NCBI RefSeq assembly: GCF_003334815.1
Contig: NZ_QOWO01000124.1
DNA: 665 bases
Reading direction: 5' to 3' (one strand)
Source of the DNA: Escherichia coli
GTDB lineage: Bacteria; Pseudomonadota; Gammaproteobacteria; Enterobacterales; Enterobacteriaceae
Part shown: piece after piece, positions 1 through 665 of the stretch
Position numbering within the stretch: the first letter of the stretch is position 1
How the letters are laid out: every line of letters begins with the position of its first letter
Notes under the pieces: model-generated
The model's database searches: none
The model's input: the letters and a program-made list of their open reading frames with translations, nothing else
What the model was told of the DNA's origin: nothing
Position numbers and translations under genes: made by a program

Positions 1-23
1 GGTAATGACTCCAACTTATTGAT
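1..23 (-). repeat. IS1 right terminal inverted repeat (IRR), about 23 bp, imperfect
   Basis: The + strand 1..23 is GGTAATGACTCCAACTTATTGAT, matching the known IS1 IRR. The partner IRL (recalled as GGTGATGCTGCCAACTTACTGAT) is outside the window, so the pairing cannot be confirmed here. Confidence 0.88.
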
Positions 24-24
24 A
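12..24 (-). promoter_or_regulatory. Putative IHF binding site inside the IS1 terminal repeat
   Basis: The minus strand of 12..24 reads TATCAATAAGTTG, an exact fit to the IHF core consensus WATCAANNNNTTR. IHF binding at IS1 ends is established knowledge. This is a motif match only. Confidence 0.55.
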
Positions 25-519
25 GTGTTTTATGTTCAGATAATGCCCGATGACTTTGTCATGCAGCTCCACCGATTTTGAGAACGACAGCAACTTCCGT
101 CCCAGCCGTGCCAGGTGCTGCCTCAGATTCAGGTTATGCCGCTCAATTCGCTGCGTATATCGCTTGCTGATTACGTGCAGCTTTCCCTTCAGGCGGGATT
201 CATACAGCGGCCAGCCATCCGTCATCCATATCACCACGTCAAAGGGTGACAGCAGGCTCATAAGACGCCCCAGCGTCGCCATAGTGCGTTCACCGAATAC
301 GTGCGCAACAACCGTCTTCCGGAGACTGTCATACGCGTAAAACAGCCAGCGCTGGCGCGATTTAGCCCCGACATAGCCCCACTGTTCGTCCATTTCCGCG
401 CAGACGATGACGTCACTGCCCGGCTGTATGCGCGAGGTTACCGACTGCGGCCTGAGTTTTTTAAGTGACGTAAAATCGTGTTGAGGCCAACGCCCATAAT
501 GCGGGCAGTTGCCCGGCAT
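16..519 (-). CDS. insB: IS1 InsB (insB' frame; catalytic C-terminal part of the InsAB' transposase), 167 codons
   Basis: The six-frame ORF 16..519 (minus) translates to [16 protein letters not shown]...[15 protein letters not shown], which I recognise as IS1 InsB. ATG is at 517..519 (reverse complement of cat) and the TAA stop at 16..18. The stop lies inside the terminal repeat, as is typical for IS1. The frame is -1 relative to insA. Confidence 0.93.
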
Positions 520-665
520 CCAACGCCATTCATGGCCATATCAATGATTTTCTGGTGCGTACCGGGTTGAGAAGCGGTGTAAGTGAACTGCAGTTGCCAT
601 GTTTTACGGCAGTGAGAGCAGAGATAGCGCTGATGTCCGGCGGTGCTTTTGCCGTTACGCACCAC
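16..665 (-). CDS. insAB': InsAB' fusion transposase made by the -1 frameshift at 456..462 (insA frame 665..~457, then insB' frame down to the stop at 16..18). N-terminally truncated by the window edge.
   Basis: Follows from the insA and insB frames and the intervening A6C motif seen in the sequence, combined with the established IS1 expression mechanism. The fusion is not a contiguous ORF, so it does not appear in the six-frame track. Confidence 0.8.
438..665 (-). CDS. insA: IS1 InsA (zinc-finger/HTH DNA-binding protein, transposition inhibitor), 5'-truncated by the window edge. 75 of 91 codons are present.
   Basis: The ORF 438..665 (minus) translates to [75 protein letters not shown], matching residues 17-91 of IS1 InsA. 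The TAA stop is at 438..440. The apparent start at 663..665 is an in-frame GTG (Val) at the window edge, not the true start. The CSHC half of the zinc-finger motif is encoded at 609..620. Confidence 0.93.
456..462 (-). other. A6C slippery heptamer (AAAAAAC), the programmed -1 ribosomal frameshift site that joins insA to insB' to give the InsAB' transposase
   Basis: The minus strand reads TTAAAAAACTCAGG across 465..452. In the insA frame this is Leu-Lys-Asn-Ser, and in the -1 frame Leu-Lys-Lys-Leu, which is the LKKL of InsB. The insA stop follows 16 nt downstream at 438..440. Codon phase confirms insB is -1 relative to insA (insA codon top positions are 2 mod 3, insB 0 mod 3). Confidence 0.9.

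Larger units (their letters stand above)
1..665 (-). mobile_element. IS1 insertion sequence (IS1 family), partial copy. The right end is complete, starting at window position 1. The left end (about 100 bp including IRL and the insA 5' region) lies beyond position 665.
   Basis: The minus strand of 1..47 reads CATTATCTGAACATAAAACACTATCAATAAGTTGGAGTCATTACC, which is the characteristic right terminus of IS1. Both ORFs on the minus strand translate to the IS1 proteins InsA and InsB in the canonical order and overlap. The A6C frameshift motif sits at the expected place. Full IS1 is about 768 bp, consistent with about 100 bp missing at the high-coordinate end. Confidence 0.95.

Noticed and set aside
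1-40. Possible outward-facing promoter element at the IS1 terminus (a TTGGAG -35-like hexamer on the minus strand near the end)
   Set aside because: Any matching -10 element would lie in flanking DNA outside the window. A lone weak hexamer match is not evidence, although IS1 insertions are known to create hybrid promoters in some contexts.
50-340. 96-aa ORF on the + strand ([27 protein letters not shown]...)
   Set aside because: It lies entirely antisense to insB, and its Cys/Arg/Ser-rich product resembles nothing I recognise. Antisense ORFs of this size arise readily opposite a real gene. The extra ORFs once proposed for IS1 beyond insA and insB have not been shown to encode functional proteins. 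There is no support for calling it a gene.
16-519. Treating insB as a stand-alone transposase gene with its own functional start at the ATG 517..519
   Set aside because: The ORF is real and conventionally annotated as insB, so it is kept as a feature. By established IS1 biology, however, the active transposase is the InsAB' frameshift fusion, and the ATG at 517..519 is not thought to drive significant independent InsB synthesis.
663-665. Apparent start codon of the 438..665 ORF (translated as Met in the ORF track)
   Set aside because: It is an artefact of the window edge. The codon is GTG encoding an internal Val of InsA, and the real insA start is about 48 nt beyond the window end.
1-665. 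A novel or undescribed system (defence, toxin-antitoxin, CRISPR, new RNA gene)
   Set aside because: Every base of the window is accounted for by canonical IS1 architecture: IRR, insB, the insA/insB' overlap with the frameshift site, and insA. There are no repeat arrays, no tRNA-like or structured-RNA signatures and no unexplained ORFs. Claiming novelty here would be unsupported.

Overview
The whole 665-bp window is one partial copy of the insertion sequence IS1 (IS1 family), lying in reverse orientation so that its genes read on the minus strand. Position 1 is the outermost base of the right terminal inverted repeat (IRR); the window stops about 100 bp short of the left end, so the IRL, the insA promoter and the first 16 codons of insA lie beyond position 665. 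Inside the window are the complete insB reading frame (16..519, minus), the 3' 75 codons of insA (438..665, minus), and the A6C slippery motif (456..462) where a programmed -1 frameshift fuses the two into the InsAB' transposase. Everything I can see is explained by IS1 architecture; I found no evidence of a novel or undescribed system. All identifications rest on recognising the sequence and protein from memory, not on a database search. The only points worth checking are a possible single-residue InsB variant (Leu at codon 91..93) and the fact that no flanking DNA is visible, so the insertion site and the element's intactness cannot be judged.
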